NCBI GenBank assembly: GCA_043800705.1
Contig: JAZDMS010000010.1
Span: 2,570 to 66,569 of the forward strand
DNA length: 64,000 nucleotides
Origin: Candidatus Altiarchaeota archaeon
GTDB lineage: Archaea; Altiarchaeota; Altiarchaeia; IMC4; SCGC-AAA252-I15
Direction: 5' to 3'
Part shown: positions 1 to 9,991 of the stretch, one piece after another
How positions within the stretch are numbered: the first letter of the stretch is position 1
Layout of the letters: each line of letters opens with the position of its first letter
Notes under the pieces: model-generated
Told to the model about the DNA's origin: nothing
Databases searched by the model: none
What the model saw: the letters and a program-made list of their open reading frames with translations, nothing else
Made by a program: the position numbers and the translations under genes

Positions 1-68
1 CAGGCGACGAAACAGGCTCAAAATGGTCTAAACCGCTGGTCATAGCCGCCGCGGCGGGCATACTCCTG

Positions 69-497
69 ATGCTTGCCTTCGCGGCATTGTTCATCGGCGT
101 CATCATGTGGCAGCTTGGGGTGTTCAACGTAGGGGCTGGGTCCGAGGCCACAGTAACGTCCATCGGCTTCGCGAAGATCAAGCCCATGCTCGCTGCTGCG
201 TCGTTCACGAGCGACGGGAAATTCAACGGAGTGTTCACCAACGGGGCGGGGGCGGAGATAGCTGTGAATAAGTCGGGCTTGACAGTTGAGAGCCCGGAAG
301 GTGTCCCTTGCCGTTCGGTCTCCGTCGACAATCCGAAGGTCGTCGCGGGGGACAACCTCAGGATCACGGCGTCCGGGTGCCCGCATGCGAGCGACTACAT
401 GTATACCCTCAAGGTGACGATACCCTATAGGGTGTCGTTCGCCAACGTCCAGACAAACCATGTTGAGATGGGCACCATCCGCGGCCCGGTAGAGTAA
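69..497 (+). CDS. Small secreted or membrane-anchored protein with a hydrophobic N-terminus. The frame is open to the window start, so the gene may be 5'-truncated here.
   Basis: There is no in-frame stop upstream of the ATG at 69. The N-terminus is a long hydrophobic segment (PLVIAAAAGILLMLAFAALFIGVIMW) followed by a Gly/Thr/Val-rich region, which looks like a pilin or S-layer-associated small protein. Confidence 0.35.
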   Translation: MLAFAALFIGVIMWQLGVFNVGAGSEATVTSIGFAKIKPMLAAASFTSDGKFNGVFTNGAGAEIAVNKSGLTVESPEGVPCRSVSVDNPKVVAGDNLRITASGCPHASDYMYTLKVTIPYRVSFANVQTNHVEMGTIRGPVE

Positions 498-527
498 TCT
501 TTTTAAGCGGACATATAATATTTCTAC

Positions 528-1127
528 ATGACTCTGACGCAAGATGAGGGCAGGGACCTCGTGGCATATGCGCGCGCGGTCCTCGAAGCAAATTTCGGCG
601 GGGGCAAGCCCCAGATCCCGCCGTCCCTGGAGGCAGTCTTCCAGGAGAGGCTCGGCGTCTTCGTCACCCTGCAGACAAAGGGCGAACTGAGGGGCTGCAT
701 CGGATTCCCTGAGCCGTCCCACCCCCTCGGGTACGCGCTCGAACATGCAGCCTTGTCCGCAGCGTTGGAGGATCCGAGGTTCCCCCCGGTTGGGGGGGAT
801 GAACTTTCCGACATAACTGTCGAAGTCTCGGTGCTCACGAGGCCAGAGCTCATGGAGGTCGCAGATCCGGGAGAATATGCGAAGAGGATACGCGTCGGCT
901 GCGACGGGCTCATAGCCGAGCTCGGATGGAGCCGCGGGCTCCTTCTTCCGCAGGTGCCGGTCGAATGGAAATGGGATGCGGAAGAATTCCTGATGCAGAC
1001 CTGCAACAAGGCCGACCTGCCGTTGACCGCATACATGGAGAAGGGATTCAAGCTGTACTCCTTTCAGGCGCAGATATTCCATGAGGAAAGGCCGCGCGGG
1101 AATGTCGTCGAACACAGGATTAGTTGA
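528..1127 (+). CDS. AMMECR1-domain protein
   Basis: Conserved LRGCIG motif and the overall AMMECR1 pattern. A TATA-like acatataatatt lies about 25 nt upstream of the ATG. Confidence 0.8.
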   Translation: MTLTQDEGRDLVAYARAVLEANFGGGKPQIPPSLEAVFQERLGVFVTLQTKGELRGCIGFPEPSHPLGYALEHAALSAALEDPRFPPVGGDELSDITVEVSVLTRPELMEVADPGEYAKRIRVGCDGLIAELGWSRGLLLPQVPVEWKWDAEEFLMQTCNKADLPLTAYMEKGFKLYSFQAQIFHEERPRGNVVEHRIS

Positions 1128-1767
1128 ATGTTATAACGGCCTCGTCGCCGTCTTTTAGCCTGTGTTTTTCCCTGAGGTTCTCGGCGGCTATAAGTTCTAT
1201 GTCCCTCCTGTGGTGGGTCCTCTCCGGGATGATGACATGGCATTCTATCGTCCTTGCTCTCACGTGCAGCCTCACGGGGGTGAGCCCAATCCTGCCGAAG
1301 CTTCTTGCGCCGGAGGCGAACCCGGATATGTCAATCGTCTTCTCGGTGTTCATGTCCGGTTTCTCGCCCTTGAACCTCACGTTCAACGTGCCCGGATAAG
1401 GCATGTAATGCAGCGCCTCCTCGATCCTTGAGGCGTATTCTTTGACATAGTATGCGCCTTCGCCGATGCCTGATGCGATAACGCCGTCGAACGACTGCTT
1501 CATCTCGGAATCTAGGAATCGACCGATGCCTGAGTGGATATTGCGCAGCACCTTCACCCCATCCGGGGTGAATGATAAGCTGAAGGCTCTGCCGGTTTTC
1601 AGCCTAATTATCCACCCCCTGTCTTCAAGATCTTTCAGATACCTGGACGCAGTCTGCTGTGAGCGTCCGAGCATCTGCCCCAACTCGCCTGTCGTCAGGT
1701 CGAAGCTCTTCGCAGAAGATCCGGCCTTCTGGGCCAACGCCACCAATACGGGCTCAAGCGATACCAT
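1120..1767 (-). CDS. ribK: Archaeal CTP-dependent riboflavin kinase with an N-terminal wHTH domain
   Basis: N-terminal HTH followed by an MJ0056-type riboflavin kinase domain (GTLNVRF...PVRLHV...IIPERTHH). Confidence 0.7.
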   Translation of the reverse strand: MVSLEPVLVALAQKAGSSAKSFDLTTGELGQMLGRSQQTASRYLKDLEDRGWIIRLKTGRAFSLSFTPDGVKVLRNIHSGIGRFLDSEMKQSFDGVIASGIGEGAYYVKEYASRIEEALHYMPYPGTLNVRFKGEKPDMNTEKTIDISGFASGARSFGRIGLTPVRLHVRARTIECHVIIPERTHHRRDIELIAAENLREKHRLKDGDEAVITFN

Positions 1768-1850
1768 TCCAACACCAACTGCCGGTAATACTCAAAATTA
1801 AGTAAAAGGTGGATAAATAGGGGTATGGGAAAAAGAGCATTGGGATAGAA

Positions 1851-2789
1851 TTATATCTCTATCCCCAGCTCCCTCGCGATCTCCTCGTACCGGTTGCGTA
1901 TCGTGACTTCCGTCACTCCCGCAAGACGGCCGGCGATGCCTTTCTGCGTCTGCTTGTCGTTCGTAATCTTTCCGGCAAGGTAAATCGCGGCCGCGGCGAC
2001 TCCTGTGGGTCCGCGGCCCGATGTGACTCCCTTCTCCCTCGCCTTCTCCAGGATCTCGATGGCCTTCGCCTCGGTCTCGCCTGAGAGTCCGAGCTCTGAG
2101 GCGAACCTTGGGACGTAGTCCATCGGCGTCGCGACAGGCATCCTGAGGCCGAGCCTCCTGCATGCGAACCTGTAGCTCCTTCCGATGTCCTTCTTTTTGA
2201 CTCCGCTGGCTTCTTCCAGTTCCTCCAGGGTCTTAGGGAGCTGATGCTTCCTCGAGATCAGGTAGATGATGGCGGCGACGACGGATTCGATGCTCCTTCC
2301 CCTCACAAGGCCCTTGTTGACGGCCTTTCGGTACCACATCGCGCATTCTTCCTTGATGTTGTTTGGGATGTTGAGGTATGCGCACATCCTGTCGAGCTCC
2401 GGCAGGGCGATGGACAGGTTCCTCTGGACGGAGTCGCTCATCCTGCTCCTCCTCTGCCATTTCCTTAGCCTGTACAGCTGCGCCTTCCTCTCAGGCTGGA
2501 TCGCGCCGCCGCGGATGTCCCGGTCGTATCTGTCGATTTCCGTCGTCAATCCCTTGTTGAGCTTGGCGAATTTGACTGGACCGCCGGTCCTTGCACGCTT
2601 GCTCTTCTGCTCCTCGTCGAAGGCCCTCCATTCGGGGCCGAAGTCGAACATCCCCTGCTCGAGGACGAATCCGCATTTTTTGCAGACGAGCTCTCCGTGC
2701 TTGTAGTCTGTGATTATGTTGGTTCCCTTGCATTCCGAGCAGACCATCTTGGGGTTGCCTCCGTCGGCGGGTTTCTTCTCTTCGCTCAT
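1851..2789 (-). CDS. tfb: Transcription initiation factor IIB
   Basis: N-terminal Zn ribbon (CSECKG...CKKCG) and two cyclin-like repeats. The Shine-Dalgarno-like GGAGGT sits before the ATG. Confidence 0.95.
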   Translation of the reverse strand: MSEEKKPADGGNPKMVCSECKGTNIITDYKHGELVCKKCGFVLEQGMFDFGPEWRAFDEEQKSKRARTGGPVKFAKLNKGLTTEIDRYDRDIRGGAIQPERKAQLYRLRKWQRRSRMSDSVQRNLSIALPELDRMCAYLNIPNNIKEECAMWYRKAVNKGLVRGRSIESVVAAIIYLISRKHQLPKTLEELEEASGVKKKDIGRSYRFACRRLGLRMPVATPMDYVPRFASELGLSGETEAKAIEILEKAREKGVTSGRGPTGVAAAAIYLAGKITNDKQTQKGIAGRLAGVTEVTIRNRYEEIARELGIEI

Positions 2790-2805
2790 TTTTACCTCCT
2801 CTAAA

Positions 2806-3060
2806 TCAATTGGACCTTATAGAGTCTCCGGGTTTGAGTGTGACGTTCGGTTTGGCTTTGACTACGATGTACGGTTTTTCAACGGGGCCTATGATGTCGG
2901 AGACCGTGCCTGCGGCTCCGCCCCGCTCATTATATACCGTGGAGCCGATGCCGGGCGGCTTCGGCGCAGACCTGACTACGACCTGGTCCCCCACAATAGA
3001 AATTACCTCGCCTGTATCCAATGTAGAACTCACCAAAACTAGGAATAATATAAGCAACAC
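2806..3060 (-). CDS. gar1: H/ACA ribonucleoprotein component Gar1
   Basis: LDTGEVISIVGDQVVVRS...GTVSDIIGPVEKPYIVVK matches the Gar1 core. The ORF starts with GTG; the true start may be the internal GTG at 3031-3033. The TFB-Gar1 synteny is typical of archaea. Confidence 0.7.
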   Translation of the reverse strand: MLLILFLVLVSSTLDTGEVISIVGDQVVVRSAPKPPGIGSTVYNERGGAAGTVSDIIGPVEKPYIVVKAKPNVTLKPGDSIRSN

Positions 3061-3117
3061 TCATTTAAATACCCGTGTGCAGGGCTTATTTGGCATATAT
3101 TCTGTCAATAAACGGTT

Positions 3118-4005
3118 TTATGGCTGGGAAGGACGTTTCTTTTTTATGACGGTTACTCCTGATGGAAGATAATGGTGGATTGTTTCATCCATCTTGGCCA
3201 TCCTCTCCTCGGGAGTTATCCCCAATTTTGTGTCCAGTTCATTCGGGACTTCCATAATGTGTATCCTCGTCAGGGCTTCTGTCGCCATGCGCAGGTGGTC
3301 TGTCCAGTCCTTCTCGGGCATGACCCTGATGTAGACTGCGTCTTTGCCCTTGGCAATCGCCACGATGTTGCTGACGTTGGATATGTGTCTCTCTGTCTCG
3401 AACTCGAGTTGTCCGTCTGCCATGCATCTGATTCCGACGCCGAATCGGTCCAGGTCCTCCCGGGCGACCGCCTCTGTCAGTTCTGCGGCACGCATAATCC
3501 TGGGGCTGCCTTCTTGGGTTTCCTCGCTTTTTTCACATAATTCAACAGTCAGGGAGGGGGCTATTCGGGCGGTGAGGCTAATATCGGCTGTTGGCTTCAA
3601 TGCAACAAGACCACTGTTATTTCTTTCGAAATCAAAATGCGCCCTTTCGATCCTGTCAATATCCTCGACCTCCAAACCGATGCTCTTAAGGTCTTTTGAG
3701 CCGAAAATCTCGTGCAGAACCAGTAATAGGTTCAATCCTAATTGTCTATCTCTTGTCTTGCCTCTATTGTCTGAGAGGAATTTTCCAACGGAGTTAACTC
3801 CTCTGGCACCGACCGCCTTCAGAATCGTTCGGGCCTCGTCAGGCTTTAAGGTCATGGCACCCTGGGCTATCTGCCCGATTTTCCCACTCAAGTCATCATT
3901 CAACTCTTTGGGGTCGATTCTGACGACGAGCCTTCCGGATCCATACCTGCCGGACATGTCGTAGAAAAGTTCCGCCATCGGTAATAACTTGGGGTGGGGA
4001 GGCAA
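3118..4005 (-). CDS. Conserved hypothetical protein of unknown function
   Basis: A 295-aa ORF in a coherent gene array between gar1 and thyX. No recognisable motif. The likely start is the internal MAELFYDM. Confidence 0.45.
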   Translation of the reverse strand: MPPHPKLLPMAELFYDMSGRYGSGRLVVRIDPKELNDDLSGKIGQIAQGAMTLKPDEARTILKAVGARGVNSVGKFLSDNRGKTRDRQLGLNLLLVLHEIFGSKDLKSIGLEVEDIDRIERAHFDFERNNSGLVALKPTADISLTARIAPSLTVELCEKSEETQEGSPRIMRAAELTEAVAREDLDRFGVGIRCMADGQLEFETERHISNVSNIVAIAKGKDAVYIRVMPEKDWTDHLRMATEALTRIHIMEVPNELDTKLGITPEERMAKMDETIHHYLPSGVTVIKKKRPSQP

Positions 4006-4043
4006 TAAGCTCGCATTTTTTACCCTATCTCCTATTATCTACC

Positions 4044-4631
4044 GTGAAAGTCACGCTTCTGAGGATCACGCAGGATCCTGAAGAACTCATCGCCTCCAGT
4101 GCGCGGATCTGCTACGCTTCGGAGCCGAAGGCCCAGGACGCGGACAAGAAACTCATCCGGAATCTCAGGGACTGGGGGCATTTCAGCGCATTCGAGCACT
4201 CCAGCGCGACATTCCAAGTGGAGGGGGTGTCGAGGGCATGCACCCACCAGCTGGTCCGGCACAGGATTGCGTCCTACAACCAGCAGAGCCAGCGGTACGT
4301 CAACGAGAAGGGCTTCGAATACGTGACGCCGGCCACCGTGGAGAAGGACCCGAAGGCGAAGAAAAAGTACGACCAGACAGTCGAAGCGGTGCGGAAAGCC
4401 TACGAGGAGCTCATTGCCCTCGGAATCCCCAAGGAGGACGCCAGGTTCCTTCTGCCGAACGCATGCGCCACGAAGATAGTGCTCACCATGAACTTCCGCG
4501 AGCTTAGGCACTTCATCAAGTTGCGGGGCGCAAAGGACGCCCAGTGGGAGATAAGGCAGCTGGCGCATGAGATGCTGGCGATCCTGAAGGAAAAGGCGCC
4601 GAACGTCTTCGACGACCTTATGCCCTCCTAA
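4044..4631 (+). CDS. thyX: Flavin-dependent thymidylate synthase ThyX
   Basis: ThyX motif RHRIASYNQQSQRY (RHRxxxxxS). Confidence 0.85.
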   Translation: MKVTLLRITQDPEELIASSARICYASEPKAQDADKKLIRNLRDWGHFSAFEHSSATFQVEGVSRACTHQLVRHRIASYNQQSQRYVNEKGFEYVTPATVEKDPKAKKKYDQTVEAVRKAYEELIALGIPKEDARFLLPNACATKIVLTMNFRELRHFIKLRGAKDAQWEIRQLAHEMLAILKEKAPNVFDDLMPS

Positions 4632-4712
4632 GGCCTAATCGGGCCATTTTAACCCTCCTTCAAGGTTAGGGGGCTTATAATAGCTATATACCATAATATC
4701 TTCGGTATCATC

Positions 4713-5738
4713 ATGGAACTACTGGAGCAGCTGTGCAGGGCCGATGGCATATCGGGTTACGAGGGGAATATAGCGGCGATAATGACGAAGGAGCTTAAGA
4801 AGTCGTGCGACGACGTCTTCACCGACAAGTTCGGCAATGTCATCGGGAAGAAGGGCAAAGGCGCCAAGAAGATCATGCTCGCCGCCCACATGGACGAAGT
4901 CGGCCTCCTCATAAAGCACGTCACCAAGGAGGGCTACCTGTATTTCGTGAAAGTCGGCGGCATAGATGACCGTCTGCTCGTCGACCAGCGGGTCGTCATC
5001 AAGACGAAGAATGGGGACGTCGTCGGGATAATCGGCTCGAAGCCGCCGCACCTGCAGAGGGACGATGAGCGGAAGAAGGTCATAAAATATGAGGACATGT
5101 TCATCGACATCGGAGCATCATCGAAGAAGGATGCGGAAAAGATCGTCGAACTCGGCGACCCCGTGATATTCGAACCGTCTTTCGGGAAGCTCGGGAAGGA
5201 CCTGCACTACGGGAAGGCTGTGGACAACCGCGCGGGATGCTACATACTACTCAAGGTGATGGAGAAGATACCCTCCAACATCAACGCCACAATCTACGCG
5301 GTCGGCTCATGCCAGGAGGAGGTCGGACTCAAGGGAGCAAGGGTCGCCGCATTCAGGATAGACCCAGACTATGCCCTGGCCCTGGACACGACGCTCGCAG
5401 GCGACACCCCCGGCATAAAGGAGACTGAAAGCAGCCTGAAAGTAGGAAAAGGCCCGGCCATCACCCTTCTGGAGGCTGCAGGCCGCGGAGTCATTACCCA
5501 CCCGAAGGTGAGGGACGTCCTGATGAAAACGGCGAAGAAGAAGAGGATACCTATCCAGATTGACGTCCTCGAAGGCGGCATGACGGACGCTGCTATAATC
5601 TATCTGACCCGTGAAGGGATACCCTCCGGGGTCATAAGCGTGGCGACCAGATATATCCATGGTTCGGCTGCGGTTTTCAGCATGGTGGACGTGAACAACG
5701 CCATAAAACTCACCGTCGAGGCTGTGAAGAATCTCTGA
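4713..5738 (+). CDS. M42 family aminopeptidase (TET/FrvX-like)
   Basis: M42 pattern: AHMDEVG, GKAVDNRAG, QEEVGLKGA. Confidence 0.85.
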   Translation: MELLEQLCRADGISGYEGNIAAIMTKELKKSCDDVFTDKFGNVIGKKGKGAKKIMLAAHMDEVGLLIKHVTKEGYLYFVKVGGIDDRLLVDQRVVIKTKNGDVVGIIGSKPPHLQRDDERKKVIKYEDMFIDIGASSKKDAEKIVELGDPVIFEPSFGKLGKDLHYGKAVDNRAGCYILLKVMEKIPSNINATIYAVGSCQEEVGLKGARVAAFRIDPDYALALDTTLAGDTPGIKETESSLKVGKGPAITLLEAAGRGVITHPKVRDVLMKTAKKKRIPIQIDVLEGGMTDAAIIYLTREGIPSGVISVATRYIHGSAAVFSMVDVNNAIKLTVEAVKNL

Positions 5739-5742
5739 GGAA

Positions 5743-6237
5743 ATGTCAGGCATAGAAAAAACGGCGAAGACTGTGTTCGCCGTCATTGTCGGCGCGGTTC
5801 TCTACTCAATCCTCAACTGGATACCCCTCTTGGGGGCCGCAGCGGCGGGAGCATATACCGGCTACGGCTCAGGCGGCGGGTTCAGGCGAGGGTTCAGGAA
5901 TGCGGCATATGCCGCAACCATCGGCGGCCTCCTAGTCATATGCTTGGCATATGTATACGCCCTGACGGACCTAACCGGTGCGAACAAAACGCTGATCATG
6001 TTCGTCGGATGGGTCCTCCTGGTCTGGCACATCGCCGGCGTACTTATCGCAGGATTAGCGGGGGGCCTCGGAGCCGTAGGCAACGACATCAACAAGCTGA
6101 TTCCGACCGGACTGAGGGAAGTGATCACCAAGCCCCGGAAGAAGTCCGCAGTCGACTATGCTATCTGCCCCGGATGCGGCCAGGGAAACGTCGTCTCAGC
6201 CAAGACGTGCATAGGCTGCGGAATCGGCCTCCCATGA
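5743..6237 (+). CDS. Membrane protein with a C-terminal zinc-ribbon
   Basis: Four predicted TM helices, then CPGCGQG...CIGCG. Confidence 0.5.
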   Translation: MSGIEKTAKTVFAVIVGAVLYSILNWIPLLGAAAAGAYTGYGSGGGFRRGFRNAAYAATIGGLLVICLAYVYALTDLTGANKTLIMFVGWVLLVWHIAGVLIAGLAGGLGAVGNDINKLIPTGLREVITKPRKKSAVDYAICPGCGQGNVVSAKTCIGCGIGLP

Positions 6238-6797
6238 AAAAGCTCCAAGAAATGGTGGAAAATAACCTGTGGCTGGCGTTGATCGCGGCCGCCTCGTTCA
6301 CGGCGGCGGTGCCTGTAGGCCTGCTGATTTACCCCCTGGTCAGCGACAGGCTCCCGTCTCTTCTACAGGACGCATTCGGCGGGATAATGGGCGGCCCCGA
6401 CTGGCTCGTGATATTCAATGTTTTCGCACGCAACACGACCGCGTCAATCGTCATGATGCTGCTTGGTGTGACGATCGTTCTGCCCCTTGCGGCGCTATTC
6501 GCGAACGGCCTGCTAGTGGGGCTCGTCTTCAGGTTCGCCTCCGACAGGGGATTGGACCCGGTAAAGATTGCCATTGGAATAATCCCTCACGGCATATTGG
6601 AGCTGCCTGCGATCTTCCTGTCTGCCGCGCTTGGGATGCGGGTAGGGCTGCAGCTTGCGACACAGCGGGGCCGGCGCCTGGCTGCGGGATGGGATGCCGC
6701 GAAGGAGGCCGCCGCAGTCTATTTATCCCTGGTTAGCCCGCTTCTTTTGATCGCCGCAGCGGTGGAGATACTCGTGTCAAAGAACCTCATAGGATAG
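6234..6797 (+). CDS. SpoIIM/DUF95-family membrane protein
   Basis: The internal ATG at 6234 is the likely start. The upstream part of the listed ORF is an Arg-rich shadow of the preceding gene. HGILELPAIFLSAALG motif. Confidence 0.55.
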   Translation: MKKLQEMVENNLWLALIAAASFTAAVPVGLLIYPLVSDRLPSLLQDAFGGIMGGPDWLVIFNVFARNTTASIVMMLLGVTIVLPLAALFANGLLVGLVFRFASDRGLDPVKIAIGIIPHGILELPAIFLSAALGMRVGLQLATQRGRRLAAGWDAAKEAAAVYLSLVSPLLLIAAAVEILVSKNLIG

Positions 6798-6824
6798 GAA
6801 ATTCAGATGCCGTAGATTGCCAGC

Positions 6825-8546
6825 ATGAAAAGAAGGGAAAAAAACGCCGAAGGAATCTTCGAAAAGCCGCATGGCAGGGCAGTGGCGTTAGTATTCGTCC
6901 TTGCCCTTCTTGCGCGCGGCGCCCCGGACGTGTTCTTCCACATGAATTACGGCTGGCATGCCACCAACCATGCGGAGGCCTGGTTCTATGCGGAGGTCAT
7001 GGACGGGCTCAGGACGCCGGCCAACGGGGCATCCGACCCGACGGTCTGGCTGCTTAGGGCTTTCGGCGTGTTATTCCCCGGCGGGAGCTCGTTCCATGCG
7101 GTGATAGCCGCCTCGGCCATCCTCTCATCCTTCACTGCAGTCGCATTATACTTTTTGGCGGATGAACTCTACGGCAGGAAGTCCGCACTCATCGCGGGCG
7201 TCGCATGGGCGACGATGTCGGAGCCCATAGCGCTCGGCATATCCGGTTTCACCCACGACCACCTGCAGCTGTTGCTCATCTCCTTGGCGATACTGTCCGC
7301 GATAAAATCACTCACCTCCTCTGGATGGGCGAGGCCCCTCTTCGCGGCGGCATTCGTGGCGGCGGTCTTCCTCGGCTCAAGGATCAACGACGGCATATGG
7401 GTCGGATTCGCAGTCGCCGCAATGGCGGTGTCCCACATCCTCCTGCAGCAGAGTCCCGCGCTTCGAAGGAGGATGAGTCCCGAGACGATCTACCTCGTCT
7501 GCATCTGCTTCCTCGTCATCGCCTCAATAGCATCCGGCTTCACCATACTCAAAGACATTCTCGAAGCGCAGCTTGAGGGCCTGCCGCAGGGGAGGCTCGG
7601 CAGCTTCGACGTCGTGCCGACGACGCCCGCCATCTTCTGGCTGCGCTACAACGTCCTCCTCTTCATGGTTCCGTACGGCCTGCTGGCTGCTTTCAGGCGG
7701 AAGGACGTGCCTGCGATAATGCTCACCGTCTTCGGCGTCATCTTTTCCCTGATGATGGACCGCGGCGGCAGGATAAGCGACCTAGGGATCGCACTCCTGT
7801 TCGCGGTTGCGGCATCGGATTGGGGTGTCGGACCCGTGAAAGGCATTTTCTCGCGGCGGAATACCCTGAAGGCGACGATCGTCATATCCGCTGTCACATT
7901 CATCCTCTTCGCATCATTCGCCTCCTCCGGCCCGAAGTACTCCGCGCTCTACCTGCTGACCGGCGCGGTGTTGGCGCATTCTCTGATGACCTTCAGGGGG
8001 GCGCATAGCCTCGCGGTCATATTGCTTGCCGCGTCCGCGGCAGGATTTGGGACCGCGGTGTTCTACGTCACGGACATCCCCAGGGAAAACCTCCTCACAG
8101 AAGCCGAATACGACGTCTTAAACTGGCTCGGAACCCAAGGCCGCGATGGGCGGATTCTCACAGGCTGGGACAGGGGCCACATGGCCGAATACATAACCCG
8201 CATGGGGTCGGTGTCGAACGCCGGAGTATACGACAAACCGATCCACGACCTCCTGTGGCTGGAACCCGGCGCATCGGCGGCTGGCCTGAGGGGTGCGGGA
8301 GTCACCCACATACTCATGAACAGCGCGAACTACAACGTCTACGAGGACGCCTCCGGAAGGACATATACACGCATCGTCGGCAGCCTAGTGCAATCTCCCG
8401 AGAAGCCGCTTTCGAAGCAGGCCCTCAACAGGACAGCGATCTATTCCATGAGATACCTCGACGGAGGGGGGCATTTCACCCTCATACGATCAAAGCAGGA
8501 CGCGGCCACAGGGATACGGGCATACATCTACGAAGTCAACCCCTGA
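6825..8546 (+). CDS. aglB: Polytopic GT-C membrane glycosyltransferase, probably a short AglB/STT3-type oligosaccharyltransferase with a degenerate WWDYG motif
   Basis: About 13 TM helices followed by a C-terminal soluble domain. ILTGWDRGHMAEYITRMG aligns with the STT3 WWDYGYWI region. Confidence 0.45.
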   Translation: MKRREKNAEGIFEKPHGRAVALVFVLALLARGAPDVFFHMNYGWHATNHAEAWFYAEVMDGLRTPANGASDPTVWLLRAFGVLFPGGSSFHAVIAASAILSSFTAVALYFLADELYGRKSALIAGVAWATMSEPIALGISGFTHDHLQLLLISLAILSAIKSLTSSGWARPLFAAAFVAAVFLGSRINDGIWVGFAVAAMAVSHILLQQSPALRRRMSPETIYLVCICFLVIASIASGFTILKDILEAQLEGLPQGRLGSFDVVPTTPAIFWLRYNVLLFMVPYGLLAAFRRKDVPAIMLTVFGVIFSLMMDRGGRISDLGIALLFAVAASDWGVGPVKGIFSRRNTLKATIVISAVTFILFASFASSGPKYSALYLLTGAVLAHSLMTFRGAHSLAVILLAASAAGFGTAVFYVTDIPRENLLTEAEYDVLNWLGTQGRDGRILTGWDRGHMAEYITRMGSVSNAGVYDKPIHDLLWLEPGASAAGLRGAGVTHILMNSANYNVYEDASGRTYTRIVGSLVQSPEKPLSKQALNRTAIYSMRYLDGGGHFTLIRSKQDAATGIRAYIYEVNP

Positions 8547-8607
8547 CCCTCCCTCCTTTTCCTGCCTTGCCTATCAGCCTCTAATACCTCGGCTACGACT
8601 GAGCCCC

Positions 8608-9909
8608 TCAGGAACCGGATCCGTTGAGCTTAGTCAGGCACATCTCCTCCTTTTCCGGCGCGTACGACGCGAAGACGCTGTCATACGGGAACCCGATGAG
8701 CTGCCTCTCCATCAGGAACGACAGCAACGCAGTCGCGACGATCGAGAACAGTATCGTCGCATAGACCAGCTCCTTTATAAAAATGCCCTTCTCCATTCCC
8801 GCCTGGGCGGGAAGCGTGGCAAGGACCGCGGCGGCCAGGCCGATGGGCATGATAACCGCAGCCAGCGACGCGTCCCTCTTCGGGATGGACCTGTCAAAGG
8901 ACAGCCTGACTGTGAGGATCCTAACGGAGAAGACGAGGACGGTCGCGATCAGGCCCAAGGCGAAGATGCCGAGGTTATGCAGGAGAATGGACATCCCCAG
9001 ATAGACGAAGAAGAACGTCTTGAGCAGGAATCCGACCTCTCCGACGAACTCCTTCTCCGTCTGGTTCAGGCTTATCGGCCTCAGCGCGATCCTCTTCCCG
9101 CCGAAGATGGGGATCCTCAGGTCGTGGTAGCCGTTCGGGACGATGTTCTTTATGTTCCCCAACGTCACGCCCATCGCAAGGGAGGAGATGGCGCCGCTGA
9201 AACCGAGCGCCTCGGTCAGGCCGTAGGTGATGAACACGAACGCGGGCGTCAGGAAGATGCTGTTCTCCAAGTGGCGGATCCCGGAAAGCGCCGAAGACCA
9301 TGCGAAGGCGAAAAGGCCCCCTATGACGGCGGCAAGGAAGAAGGATGCGATTATCTGGCCCACCACGGCACCGGGCCTCAGGTCGTGGTAGGTCACCGAC
9401 TGGATGAGCGCCAGGGTGACTACGATGCATAACACGTCGCTGAACGTGGACTCCAGGACGAGCATCGTCTTCGTGTCGCCTTGGAGGCGGACCTTCTCGA
9501 CCATCGGGATCACGATGGCGGAGGACGTGCCGCCGAGGATGGCGCCGAGGATCATCCCCTCCCGGAGGGACAGACCCATCCCGACGGATGCGAGCATCAT
9601 GATCCCGACGATGAAAAGGAAATTGCATACCGTGAGCTTCACCCCACCGCCTAGCGACTTGCGGATGGTCGTGAAATTCAGCCCTATCCCGCCTTCGAAT
9701 AGTATGATGACGAGGGTGATGCTTATGAAGACGTCGCCCACGTCGCCGAAGAAATCCGGGCTGACAAGGCCCGTCACAGGGCCCATCAGCAGGCCGATAA
9801 GCACGAGCGGGAGCACGTCCGGGATCCTGGTCTTCTCGAAGAGGCTGGCGAACAGGTGCGCGATGAATATCAGGAAACCCACCGAAAACACGATAGCCGA
9901 CACATCCAA
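8608..9909 (-). CDS. Na+/H+ (cation:proton) antiporter, NhaP/CPA1 type
   Basis: 12-TM sodium/hydrogen exchanger pattern. Confidence 0.8.
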   Translation of the reverse strand: MDVSAIVFSVGFLIFIAHLFASLFEKTRIPDVLPLVLIGLLMGPVTGLVSPDFFGDVGDVFISITLVIILFEGGIGLNFTTIRKSLGGGVKLTVCNFLFIVGIMMLASVGMGLSLREGMILGAILGGTSSAIVIPMVEKVRLQGDTKTMLVLESTFSDVLCIVVTLALIQSVTYHDLRPGAVVGQIIASFFLAAVIGGLFAFAWSSALSGIRHLENSIFLTPAFVFITYGLTEALGFSGAISSLAMGVTLGNIKNIVPNGYHDLRIPIFGGKRIALRPISLNQTEKEFVGEVGFLLKTFFFVYLGMSILLHNLGIFALGLIATVLVFSVRILTVRLSFDRSIPKRDASLAAVIMPIGLAAAVLATLPAQAGMEKGIFIKELVYATILFSIVATALLSFLMERQLIGFPYDSVFASYAPEKEEMCLTKLNGSGS

Positions 9910-9991
9910 GTCACAACACCTTCGAATATCCGGATTCTATTGCGACTGGGGAAATATAACATGCGTCGCTGACAAGGCTGAAAACGCCCTC

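Noticed and set aside
18-1115. 365-aa minus-strand ORF
   Set aside because: It is antisense to the AMMECR1 gene and to the small secreted-protein ORF, is Arg/Pro-rich with no motifs, and looks like a typical high-GC shadow ORF.
5940-6233. N-terminal extension of ORF 5940-6797
   Set aside because: It overlaps the preceding membrane/Zn-ribbon gene in another frame and is Arg-rich. The SpoIIM-like gene starts at 6234.
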